DNA from: Oligoflexales bacterium
Lineage (GTDB): Bacteria; Bdellovibrionota_B; Oligoflexia; Oligoflexales; RGVZ01
DNA: 45,476 nucleotides
Direction of reading: 5' to 3'
Assembly: GCA_044236265.1 (NCBI GenBank)
Contig: JBIIGV010000008.1
Span: 1-45,476 of the forward strand
Positions 27,308-35,637 of this stretch are shown piece after piece (position 1 is the first letter of the stretch; each line of letters starts with the position of its first letter). A program made the translations under genes and the position numbers. Under the pieces are notes generated by a model. The model was not told where the DNA came from, ran no database searches, and saw only the letters and a list, made by a program, of their open reading frames with translations.

Positions 27308-28045
27308 ATGGAACATATCAATTTGTCGAATCGGATGGGTGATGCTGAGATGTCAATTTGTCCTGCGTTGGCGCAGCCAAACTACTACGAAATTTTGAAC
27401 GTTGACTCGAGTGCTTCGCGGCTCATGATTCGTGAGGCTTATTTGCGTTTGAAAAATGTTTACGCAAACGGCGGCGACGGACTTTATGGAGTTGCTGCAG
27501 ACACTGATTTGGCTCGTCATTTGAATGAACTGGAAGTGGCTTTTACTGTTCTGAATGATGATTCCAAGCGTGCTGAGTACGATCGCAAGCTGGTTGGCGG
27601 CGTCGGAGCCCGTGGGGCATCCGATTGGAATATTGAGGCCGAAACCTGGACGCCTTCGGGAGCATCTCTGACTGGTCAAGAGGTGATTCAAACCAGCCGC
27701 AGCACTTTAAAAGTCACGCGCACCCATGCAAATGGAAGTCATAACGGTGAGTTGCAAGAAAAACTCACGGCGGCGATGGAAGACGGTGACATTGGTGACG
27801 GCTCCATTCTTGTGCGTTTAAGAGAGGTTGCCGGGGTGTCCCAACAAGAAATTCAGGAGCGTACGAAAATTTCCCTTGAGTATATTCGCGGAATGGAGAA
27901 CAACCGCTTCGACCGGCTCCCTCAGGTTGTGTACGTGAAGGGGTTCATGCGCAGCTATCTGCGCTACCTCAACGTCCCCGGTCTTGAAAAAATTGTGACC
28001 GCTTATGCGGCCCGTCTAGAGGCTTGGCAAGCAGGACAGAAGTGA
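27308..28045 (+). CDS. J-domain-like + C-terminal RodZ-type HTH protein
   Basis: NYYEIL...IREAY...AF.VL.D..KR.EYD without HPD; L..LRE..G.S..EI.ERTKI....I..ME...F..LP..VYVKGF.RSY.RYL; GGAGG RBS supports 27308. Confidence 0.8.
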   Translation: MEHINLSNRMGDAEMSICPALAQPNYYEILNVDSSASRLMIREAYLRLKNVYANGGDGLYGVAADTDLARHLNELEVAFTVLNDDSKRAEYDRKLVGGVGARGASDWNIEAETWTPSGASLTGQEVIQTSRSTLKVTRTHANGSHNGELQEKLTAAMEDGDIGDGSILVRLREVAGVSQQEIQERTKISLEYIRGMENNRFDRLPQVVYVKGFMRSYLRYLNVPGLEKIVTAYAARLEAWQAGQK

Positions 28046-29091
28046 TGGCATCTGAATCCGAACAAATTACGGTAACGCCCCTCGATGAGGGGCGTAGTCG
28101 TTTAGATGTTTATCTCTCGCGAACATTACCTGGTTTATCCCGCAGCAAAGCTCAAGAGATGATTGAGTCTGGACTGGTGACCGTTAATGGAGCAGTAGAA
28201 AATTCAAAATTTCAGGTTAGGGAAGGTGATGTCATCAGCTTTCAACGACCGGAAGCACCCCCATCCCATCTTGATCCCGTGGAGATGCAACTCGACATTC
28301 TGTTTGAAGATGACTCCCTTCTCGTAATCAATAAGCCGGCAGGAATTGCGGTTCATCCTGGTGCGGGAGAAAAGGGTGCAACTCTTGTTCATGGTTTGCT
28401 CTTTCATTGTAAAAAACTTGGTCGTGGGTCGTCTGATGATGAAGATGATGGGGAAGTTAACGAACGTCCCGGCATCGTTCATCGCTTAGACAAAGACACA
28501 ACAGGTGTGATGGTGGTCGCCAAGTCTGATGTGGCTCACGCTCATCTTTCGAAACAGTTTCACGACAAAACTAACTTTCGCCAGTATGTGGCACTTATGA
28601 ATGGCGCGTTTCCAGAAGGAGATTGGGTCAGAGACAGCTACTTGCATCGTGATCCTCGCGAGCGGACACGATTTGCGTCGATGGACGTCAATGTTTATGA
28701 GCACAAAAAGCAGCGTGAAGGCATGGATGACCTGCCTGGCTATAGATTTGCACGCACGGTATTTAAACGTGAAGCTCTTTACGGAAACGTTCTTTCTTTG
28801 GTTAGTCTCAAACTTTTTACCGGTCGAACCCACCAGATTCGATTGCATGCCAGTGATCTTGGTTGTCCCATTTTGGGAGACCAAACTTACGGTAAGTCCC
28901 CAGTATGCCTTGGGCGGTCAATTTTTAACCCAGACTTGGAGGGCATGATCGCAAGTATCGAACGCCAAATGCTTCATGCTTGGGTTTTGGGATTTACTCA
29001 TCCTGTTTCTGGAAAATGGCTGCAATTTGAGGCACCTCTACCCTCGGACTTTGCTAAGTTATTGCAACGTCTAGAGCCTTATAAAACTTAG
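28045..29091 (+). CDS. rluD: RluA/RluD-family 23S rRNA pseudouridine synthase
   Basis: S4 domain RLD.YL..., NKPAG..VHP, RPGIVHRLDKDTTG, TGRTHQIR, LHA; TGATG coupling to upstream gene. Confidence 0.85.
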   Translation: MASESEQITVTPLDEGRSRLDVYLSRTLPGLSRSKAQEMIESGLVTVNGAVENSKFQVREGDVISFQRPEAPPSHLDPVEMQLDILFEDDSLLVINKPAGIAVHPGAGEKGATLVHGLLFHCKKLGRGSSDDEDDGEVNERPGIVHRLDKDTTGVMVVAKSDVAHAHLSKQFHDKTNFRQYVALMNGAFPEGDWVRDSYLHRDPRERTRFASMDVNVYEHKKQREGMDDLPGYRFARTVFKREALYGNVLSLVSLKLFTGRTHQIRLHASDLGCPILGDQTYGKSPVCLGRSIFNPDLEGMIASIERQMLHAWVLGFTHPVSGKWLQFEAPLPSDFAKLLQRLEPYKT

Positions 29092-29180
29092 GTTCGTCTT
29101 GTTATTGACCTTAAAATGCGACAAAATAGAGGGACTGGCATCTCATCGAATATCTCATTCATGTTGTGGGGGTTTGCAAC

Positions 29181-30197
29181 ATGCGGATCGGTTGTCTCAA
29201 TTTGATCAGCGTGGCTCTTTTGGGAGCTGCTGGTACGTCATTGGGCGTCGTCGCTGAGTCGGCGGTTGAGGGTAATCAAGAAATGATTGTTCTGACCGTG
29301 GACAAGTCTCGCAGTCAGGCCTTCTTGGGAACGCTTCCAGAGGATATCACCAGCGCAAAGCTTTTGCGCTCATTTAAAATTGCTACCGGCAAGGTCGAAG
29401 GTGACAAAGAACGCCAAGGGGACAACAAAACCCCAGAGGGCATCTACTTCACGACTGGAACTATTCCCGCGAAGCAGTTGGCACCAGAAAAATACGGCCC
29501 TCTTGCTATCCCTTTAAACTTCCCTAATCCGATGGATCAGATTCATGGGAAAACTGGCTATGGGATCTGGCTTCACGGCGTTGGCGATAGACGCATCGAA
29601 GATGCCAGAGTGACCGAGGGATGCGTCGCATTTCAAAATACGGAAATTACCGGTCTTCAGCATTGGCTGCAGCCTAATCACGGCGTGGTTGTGATCGCGA
29701 AAGATTCTTCTGAAGTGAATCGCCCCGAGGACCAAAAGGCCGTCATGCGTGCTGCTTTAGATTGGATCGACTCTTGGGCTAGCCGTGACATCGCTCGTTA
29801 TATGAGTTTTTATGCAACGGATTTTCAAAACGCGGGCAAGGACCGAGGGGCCTATGAGGCCTATAAGCGCGCGGTTTTCGGCTCCTATAAAGTTATGAAC
29901 GTAAAAATGACCAATCTCCGCGCAGTAACGCATTCAAAGTACGCACTGGCGATGATGAATCAGGATTTCTCCGGTGATAATCGATTCCGTTCTGACGGTC
30001 GCAAAATGCTGTACTTCCGCAAGGACGATGGCGGCAACTGGCGTATAGTTCGTGAACACTTTGATAACTTTATGATGAAGCCGGTTCGTTATTCGGCCGC
30101 GGACATCGCAGGAAATGGCAAAGAGACTGCGCCTCAAAAGGCGGCAGCTCCGGCAGCTGAAGTCAGCTCGATGAATAGCGGAACCAAAAGCCTTTAA
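29181..30197 (+). CDS. L,D-transpeptidase/carboxypeptidase (YkuD) with C-terminal NTF2-like domain (Csd6-like)
   Basis: GDK...GD.KTPEGIY, LNFPN..D...GKTG.GIWLHG, TEGC; C-terminal W...W...D..RY..FY...F ... K.LY.....G.W.IV.E. Confidence 0.85.
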   Translation: MRIGCLNLISVALLGAAGTSLGVVAESAVEGNQEMIVLTVDKSRSQAFLGTLPEDITSAKLLRSFKIATGKVEGDKERQGDNKTPEGIYFTTGTIPAKQLAPEKYGPLAIPLNFPNPMDQIHGKTGYGIWLHGVGDRRIEDARVTEGCVAFQNTEITGLQHWLQPNHGVVVIAKDSSEVNRPEDQKAVMRAALDWIDSWASRDIARYMSFYATDFQNAGKDRGAYEAYKRAVFGSYKVMNVKMTNLRAVTHSKYALAMMNQDFSGDNRFRSDGRKMLYFRKDDGGNWRIVREHFDNFMMKPVRYSAADIAGNGKETAPQKAAAPAAEVSSMNSGTKSL

Positions 30198-30315
30198 TTA
30201 AACATTTAAATACATTTGTTCAGCGCGCTTGATCTCCGTGATTTTAGCGCGCTTATTTCTTGCGCTGTGAAATCCTCCGGGTTACTTTTACTGTATCTAT
30301 ACGGAGGATACTATT

Positions 30316-31299
30316 TTGAAACGCTTATATTTTGCCAGTCTACTTGCAGTTGTTTTTAGCACTCCAACTTTGGCTCAGGGTCTATTCTCCTACGGTGGGA
30401 AAACATACACCGATAAGGACCTAAGCCCGGCTCAACAGCAACAGATTTTTGAAATTGCGATGCAAAACTTCGAACAAACGAAGTCGGCCGTCGATAGTTT
30501 CATCTTTGATCTTTACGTTGAGGAAGAAGCCAAGAAGCAAAACAAATCTCGCGCTGATGTGGAAAAGAAGCTCCTAGAGGTTAAAGAGCCAAGCGATAAA
30601 GCTTTGAAGGCTTGGTATGAAAGTAACAAAAGCCGGATTCCACCGACATACCAGTTTGATCAAATCAAGGGCGAAATCGCGAAGATTGTTTCGCAAGAAG
30701 AAATGAAGAAAAAGCGCGATGACTTGCTTGAAAAAATCAGGAAGTCCAAAAAAGTGACGGTAGCACTGACAGCTCCGTCGGCGCCAGTTGTGAGTGTGAA
30801 CGTTGAAGGTTTCCCGGCAAAGGGTAAAGAAGGCGCCAAAGTTACATTGGTCGAGTTTGCAGACTTTCAATGTCCGCACTGTAAGCAGGCTTCAGAGAGC
30901 TTGAAAAAAGTGACGGACAAATTTAAGGACAAAGTCCGTTATGTGTTTTTAGATTTCCCGATCAACCCATCAGGCATCAGTAAGGCAGTCGCCGAAGGAA
31001 GTCATTGCGCCGCTGAGCAAGGTAAATACTGGGAGTATCATTACAAGGCTTTTGATGGTCAGTCCACTCTGGACAAAGAGACTCCATTGAAGCTTGCCAA
31101 AGAGTTAAAGCTGGATGAAGCCAAGTTTAAGGCCTGCTTTGACGGAACCAAAGGAAAAGCGATCGTTGAAAAAGGCCGGATGGAGGGAGAGCGTATTGGG
31201 GTCAGTGGTACGCCGTACTTGTTGATCAATGGACGCCGTTACATGGGTGCTCACACCTATGAGGCTATTGTCAAGGAAGTTGAGACATCGCTTAAATAA
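30316..31299 (+). CDS. Periplasmic DsbA-family thioredoxin-domain protein with helical N-terminal extension
   Basis: GGAGG RBS, TTG start, signal peptide; EFADFQCPHC, GVSGTP...ING. Confidence 0.9.
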   Translation: MKRLYFASLLAVVFSTPTLAQGLFSYGGKTYTDKDLSPAQQQQIFEIAMQNFEQTKSAVDSFIFDLYVEEEAKKQNKSRADVEKKLLEVKEPSDKALKAWYESNKSRIPPTYQFDQIKGEIAKIVSQEEMKKKRDDLLEKIRKSKKVTVALTAPSAPVVSVNVEGFPAKGKEGAKVTLVEFADFQCPHCKQASESLKKVTDKFKDKVRYVFLDFPINPSGISKAVAEGSHCAAEQGKYWEYHYKAFDGQSTLDKETPLKLAKELKLDEAKFKACFDGTKGKAIVEKGRMEGERIGVSGTPYLLINGRRYMGAHTYEAIVKEVETSLK

Positions 31300-31320
31300 C
31301 GATCCTACTTCTCATGTGAT

Positions 31321-31357
31321 AAAGCCCCCCTGTCTTACATAGACAGGGGGGCTTTTT
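31321..31357. terminator. Bidirectional terminator between convergent dsbA and lysR
   Basis: AAAGCCCCCCTGTCT / AGACAGGGGGGCTTT perfect 15-bp stem. Confidence 0.9.
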
Positions 31358-32249
31358 ACACGGATAAATTCAAAGTTTTCATAAGTTTTTGTGTAATTGG
31401 ATGCGGGATTTTTTTATCAACAGCCACAGCCCAATACTCTTCGTAAACTCCGTTCAATGTGCCGATGGAAACAAGTTCCTTGTCTTGAATAAGCTCTTCG
31501 ACAGCGAACGTTGCAGCAACAATCAGTCCCATGTCATGGGTAGCCATAAGTTTCTGCAGACTCGTATCTTGCGCCTCTGCGATCACGTTAATCTTTTGGT
31601 CGTGAATTGCTAGCCAATGGTCCAAAGAGTGGCGCAATTGACTATCGGGAGTTGGTACAACGAAGGGCTGCCCCGATAGAGAGTCAGGAAAGTTTTTCTT
31701 AAGACCAATGAATTTGCGGCTTCCACAGACAACCACCGGCATTCGCGCCACTTTGCGACTTTGCAGGGCTGATGCCTCTGATACAGGTGGGGCAAAATTG
31801 AGAAGAACTAGATCAAGTCTGTGGTCGCGAAGGTCTCGAAGAAGCTCTGAACCTTTACCCTCGTGAACTGTCACAACGCAGTCAGAGATCTCCCTGGCCG
31901 CGTTCAGTAATTCGAGGCTGACGTGTTTAGGAATCGTATCAATGATTCCAACATGGAAATCAAGTCGACCTTGCACAGGTCTTTGATTGATCGTATCCAG
32001 AAGCTCAGATCCCAGTCGGAAGATTTCGTTGGCGTAATCTAACGCGACCCGTCCCGCATCAGTGAGAATCAAGCGTCTGTTTTGGCGCTCAAAAAGTTTT
32101 TGCCCGATAACATCTTCCAGGAGTTTTAACTGTGCACTAAGAGTAGGTTGGCCGAGTCTCAAGGTCTTCGAGGCTTTGGCAATGCTTCCTTCCGTGGCAA
32201 TAACTTTAAAGTAGTAGAGATGATGATAATTCAGCCAAGACTGCGTCAT
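31356..32249 (-). CDS. LysR-family regulator, NhaR-like
   Basis: WLNYHHLYYF..IA.EGSI..A...L.LGQPTLS.QLK.LE, typical of the NhaR subfamily; LysR substrate-binding C-terminus. Confidence 0.88.
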   Translation of the reverse strand: MTQSWLNYHHLYYFKVIATEGSIAKASKTLRLGQPTLSAQLKLLEDVIGQKLFERQNRRLILTDAGRVALDYANEIFRLGSELLDTINQRPVQGRLDFHVGIIDTIPKHVSLELLNAAREISDCVVTVHEGKGSELLRDLRDHRLDLVLLNFAPPVSEASALQSRKVARMPVVVCGSRKFIGLKKNFPDSLSGQPFVVPTPDSQLRHSLDHWLAIHDQKINVIAEAQDTSLQKLMATHDMGLIVAATFAVEELIQDKELVSIGTLNGVYEEYWAVAVDKKIPHPITQKLMKTLNLSV

Positions 32250-32273
32250 AATTCCCCCATCCGGCTAAGGATG

Positions 32274-33308
32274 TCAGCTTGCATTACGCATGTTGTTAGA
32301 GGTCTCTTGTTCCTTTGGAAACATTAAAGACGCCAGGACGGAAACTGCTAAAATGCCGACAATGATCGACAGCGACCATGCAATCGGAAATTTTCCGCCC
32401 ATCATCTCATTCAACCATACCATTTTTAAGCCAACGAATGCCAATATGAAGGCAAGTCCCGTCTTCAGGTAATGGAACCGGTCCATCACACTTGCAAGCA
32501 TAAAGTACATGCTGCGAAGGCCAAGAATTGCAAAAATGTTGCTGGTGAAGACGATAAACGGTTCTTTTGTGAGGGCAAAGATGGCCGGCACTGAGTCAAC
32601 GGCAAAAATAATGTCGGTAAACTCGAGGAAAACCAACGCAAGAAATAGTGGGGTTGCGTACAAGACCTTGTTCTCGCGCACGAAGAAGTTCTCTCCACGA
32701 AGAGAGTCCGTCACTGGTAACAGGCGCCGCGTCAGACGAACAATCGGATTTTTCCCCGGATCGGGTGCTTTCTCGGGGGCGAACATCAGTTTTACGGCGG
32801 TTATAAGTAGAATGGCTCCAAATAGATAAACAACCCACTGGTATTGCATCAGCAGACTGCCAATTCCAATAAAGATGGCTCGAAAGATCAATGCCCCTAA
32901 GATTCCATAAAACAACACGCGGTGCTGGTAGGCCTTCGGAATGGCAAAATAACTGAACACGACGGCAAACACGAATATGTTATCGACAGCGAGCGCCTTC
33001 TCCACGACAAATCCGCTCAAAAATTCAAGCGCTGTCTGATTTGCTGCGAGTACTGGATCAAAACCCGGGATTGCGGTAAGTCGCTCGTCTTGAGGGAACT
33101 TCCATAAGCTGTAACGCCACAAACCGAGATTGAACAACATTGCCAGAGAGATCCAGACCATCGTCCAGATCGACGCTTCCTTAAACGATACCTCATGGGA
33201 CTTGCGATGAAAAACGCCAAGATCCAAAAGTAGCATCACCAAAACGATGCCCAAAAATACTAGATACAACCACCAGTAATCGGACATAGGAAAGAGTGAT
33301 ACATTCAT
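32274..33308 (-). CDS. TerC/Alx-family membrane protein
   Basis: EKALAVDNIFVF, YQHRVLFYGILGAL..R, EFTDIIFAVDSVPAIFA, TSNIFAILGLR. Confidence 0.93.
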   Translation of the reverse strand: MNVSLFPMSDYWWLYLVFLGIVLVMLLLDLGVFHRKSHEVSFKEASIWTMVWISLAMLFNLGLWRYSLWKFPQDERLTAIPGFDPVLAANQTALEFLSGFVVEKALAVDNIFVFAVVFSYFAIPKAYQHRVLFYGILGALIFRAIFIGIGSLLMQYQWVVYLFGAILLITAVKLMFAPEKAPDPGKNPIVRLTRRLLPVTDSLRGENFFVRENKVLYATPLFLALVFLEFTDIIFAVDSVPAIFALTKEPFIVFTSNIFAILGLRSMYFMLASVMDRFHYLKTGLAFILAFVGLKMVWLNEMMGGKFPIAWSLSIIVGILAVSVLASLMFPKEQETSNNMRNAS

Positions 33309-33335
33309 GTTTGCCGTCCTTTCTAAGGATTAAAA

Positions 33336-33956
33336 TTACTCGCGAATGAAATCCACGTAACCGGTATTTAGATTGTAAATACCGCCGACCACCTTGAACT
33401 GATCCTTCTCGGCAAGTTCTGAAAGAATTTTACTGCGCTCCAGAATTCGCTCCATGTTTCTGATAACGTTGAGTCTCGCGGCTTCCTCTACGATTGGGCG
33501 ATCCTCTTTTGATCCGGCTGCCATGGCTAGTTTTACTGATGGTTCAATTTCAAGAACGATATCTTGAATGTGATCGCTTGGGGCGCGTTTCTTCTTTGAC
33601 ACTGCCTCGACCGTTGCAGCGACGGCGCCGCATTTGGTGTGACCCAAAACGACACAAAGAGGTGTCCCGAAGTTTGCGGCTGCGAATTCAATGCTTCCTA
33701 AGCCCATGGGGGAGATGATGTTTCCAGCAAGACGGACCACGAAAAGATCACCTAACCCTGCGTCAAAAACTGTTTCGGCGGGAGCTCGGGAATCAGCGCA
33801 GCCTAAAACAATTGCATAGGGTCTTTGGCCATTGTCCGCGAGTTCTTCACGCTGTTTGTGGGTCATTAACGAGTTGATGGATTTTACCCCTTGTACAAAT
33901 CGATCGTTGCCTTCCTTTAGACGGTTGAGAGCTTCTTTGTGGTTGATTTGAGACAT
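33336..33956 (-). CDS. Beta-class carbonic anhydrase
   Basis: L.EGN.RF, GQ.P, GCADSR, GDLFVVR.AGN, GHTKCGA zinc ligands. Confidence 0.95.
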   Translation of the reverse strand: MSQINHKEALNRLKEGNDRFVQGVKSINSLMTHKQREELADNGQRPYAIVLGCADSRAPAETVFDAGLGDLFVVRLAGNIISPMGLGSIEFAAANFGTPLCVVLGHTKCGAVAATVEAVSKKKRAPSDHIQDIVLEIEPSVKLAMAAGSKEDRPIVEEAARLNVIRNMERILERSKILSELAEKDQFKVVGGIYNLNTGYVDFIRE

Positions 33957-34057
33957 CTTTCAGATACTCCTGTGTTCGATTTTTCATTTGAGAATCTTGG
34001 GCGTTATAGACGACAGCCTGACTCCTGACATAAGAGAGTGTATCGGAGATATGAAAA

Positions 34058-34139
34058 ATCGCATAAATAGATAATTATAATTATATACTTCGCATAAAAT
34101 GAATCAATATTTCGGCGGCCAAATTTCGTTTAAAACGAA
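34058..34139. promoter_or_regulatory. Array of LysR-type T-N11-A boxes in the divergent promoter
   Basis: ATCGCATAAATAGAT (34058-34072), TTCGCATAAAATGAA (34089-34103), TTCGTTTAAAACGAA (34125-34139). Confidence 0.6.
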
Positions 34140-34247
34140 CTAAAATAGTTAAATTATCGATTTTTATTTGAAAAAGAACTGCCGTAACCTTGTTATTCCT
34201 TCCCCGTGGTTTCTTGATGCTGCCGCCGCGTTCTTTATTAATATTTT

Positions 34248-35555
34248 TTGTTTGATGGAGATTTACCAGCCGTGCGACAAAATGTCATCGCCTCCTTCAT
34301 TGTGTTCTTGGTTGCTCTACCTTTATGTTTGGGAATAGCTGTTGCCTCGGGTGTTTCGCCGGAAAAAGGGATCGTCAGCGGATTTATCGGTGGAGTTGTT
34401 ACAGGAGCTCTTTCGGGTTCGCCGCTGCAAGTCTCCGGTCCTGCGAATAGTTTAATTGTAATTGTGGCAGAAGCTGTCAATGATGTCGGACTGGGCGGTT
34501 TGGCGGTGGCAGTTTGTCTAGCTGGTCTTATGCAAATTGGCGTTGGATTTGTTGGTGGCGGACGGTTGGTCCGACTTTTTCCAGCCTCTGTAACACAAGG
34601 TCTCATGACCGGATTTGCCATCCTGATTTTTGCAAGCCAGACCCATGTAATGCTTGATAGTAAACCTGAGGCGTCGTTTTTAAAAAATATTGAACGTTTA
34701 CCGGATGCGTTGCTTGCCATTGGGGGCAAGCTGATGGATGGTCAGATCAGTTGGGGCGCTCTTTTTGGTTTTGCTGCCCTTCTTGTGATGATCGGGATGA
34801 CGGCGTTCAATGCTAAACTTCCGACAACCCTTCGAAAGGTACCAGCAGCTTTATTTGTGGTCTTGTTGTTCAGTTTGATTTCGATTTTGACCCATGTAGA
34901 TTTGAAGCGCGTTCATGTTCCGGACAATTTGGTGGATGACTTCGTGATGCCAGATTTACAGGTTTGGCTCGCGAGTGTGAATGCAGTTGTTTTCGAGATT
35001 GCCGTAACTATCTTTATTCTTGCATCATCAGAGTCGTTACTATCTGCGTCAGCGGTTGATGTACTCAAGCCTGGTCATGTCTCTAACTATGACCGTGAGC
35101 TTGTAGCTCAGGGCGTTGGAAATATTTTGTGTGCTTTTGTGGGTGCCATACCTATTGCGGGAGTGATCATCAGATCGACGGCAAATATCGCAGCTGGGGC
35201 AACGTCTCGCTGGTCATCGGTGTTTCATGGTGTGTGGTTACTTGGAATGGTCGGGCTTTTCCCGTTTATAATCGATGACATACCAATGTCGATTCTCGGT
35301 GCGATTTTGATATTTAGTGTGATTCGCTTGATAAATCTTAAAGCTATTGCTGACTTGTCTCAAACTGATCGATGGGCGTGGCCTCTGTATATCTCCTCAT
35401 GCTCAACTGTTCTTTTGGTAAACCCCATGGCAGGGGTCGGCGTTGGGCTAGGGATGCATGCCGTTCGTCGATTGCTACAAAAGAGTGCGTTGCGTGGGCT
35501 TCGTGGCAAAAATGTCGAGGTGCCGCAGGCACCTACCGCTGATGAGCGAGCTTAG
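34248..35555 (+). CDS. SulP/SLC26-family anion (probably bicarbonate) transporter without STAS domain
   Basis: VFLVALPLCLGIA.ASG, QVSGPA, ESLLSA.AVD, NYDREL.AQG.GN, GVIIRS.AN..AGA; ends shortly after the last TM. Exact start uncertain. Confidence 0.9.
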   Translation: MFDGDLPAVRQNVIASFIVFLVALPLCLGIAVASGVSPEKGIVSGFIGGVVTGALSGSPLQVSGPANSLIVIVAEAVNDVGLGGLAVAVCLAGLMQIGVGFVGGGRLVRLFPASVTQGLMTGFAILIFASQTHVMLDSKPEASFLKNIERLPDALLAIGGKLMDGQISWGALFGFAALLVMIGMTAFNAKLPTTLRKVPAALFVVLLFSLISILTHVDLKRVHVPDNLVDDFVMPDLQVWLASVNAVVFEIAVTIFILASSESLLSASAVDVLKPGHVSNYDRELVAQGVGNILCAFVGAIPIAGVIIRSTANIAAGATSRWSSVFHGVWLLGMVGLFPFIIDDIPMSILGAILIFSVIRLINLKAIADLSQTDRWAWPLYISSCSTVLLVNPMAGVGVGLGMHAVRRLLQKSALRGLRGKNVEVPQAPTADERA

Positions 35556-35637
35556 TCGATCAGTAGGCATTTTCTGCCCTGTTAAGTAATACCCCTTGGT
35601 ACCGATGACAGACCGTAACCAAGGCTAAGGGGTATTT

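Noticed and set aside
30198..30315. Two AGCGCGCT palindromes between the L,D-peptidase and dsbA genes
   Set aside because: Short GC palindromes with a weak stem and no clear U tract; not distinguishable from chance.
33309..33335. yybP-ykoY riboswitch expected upstream of Alx-type terC
   Set aside because: The intergenic gap is only 27 bp, too short to hold one.
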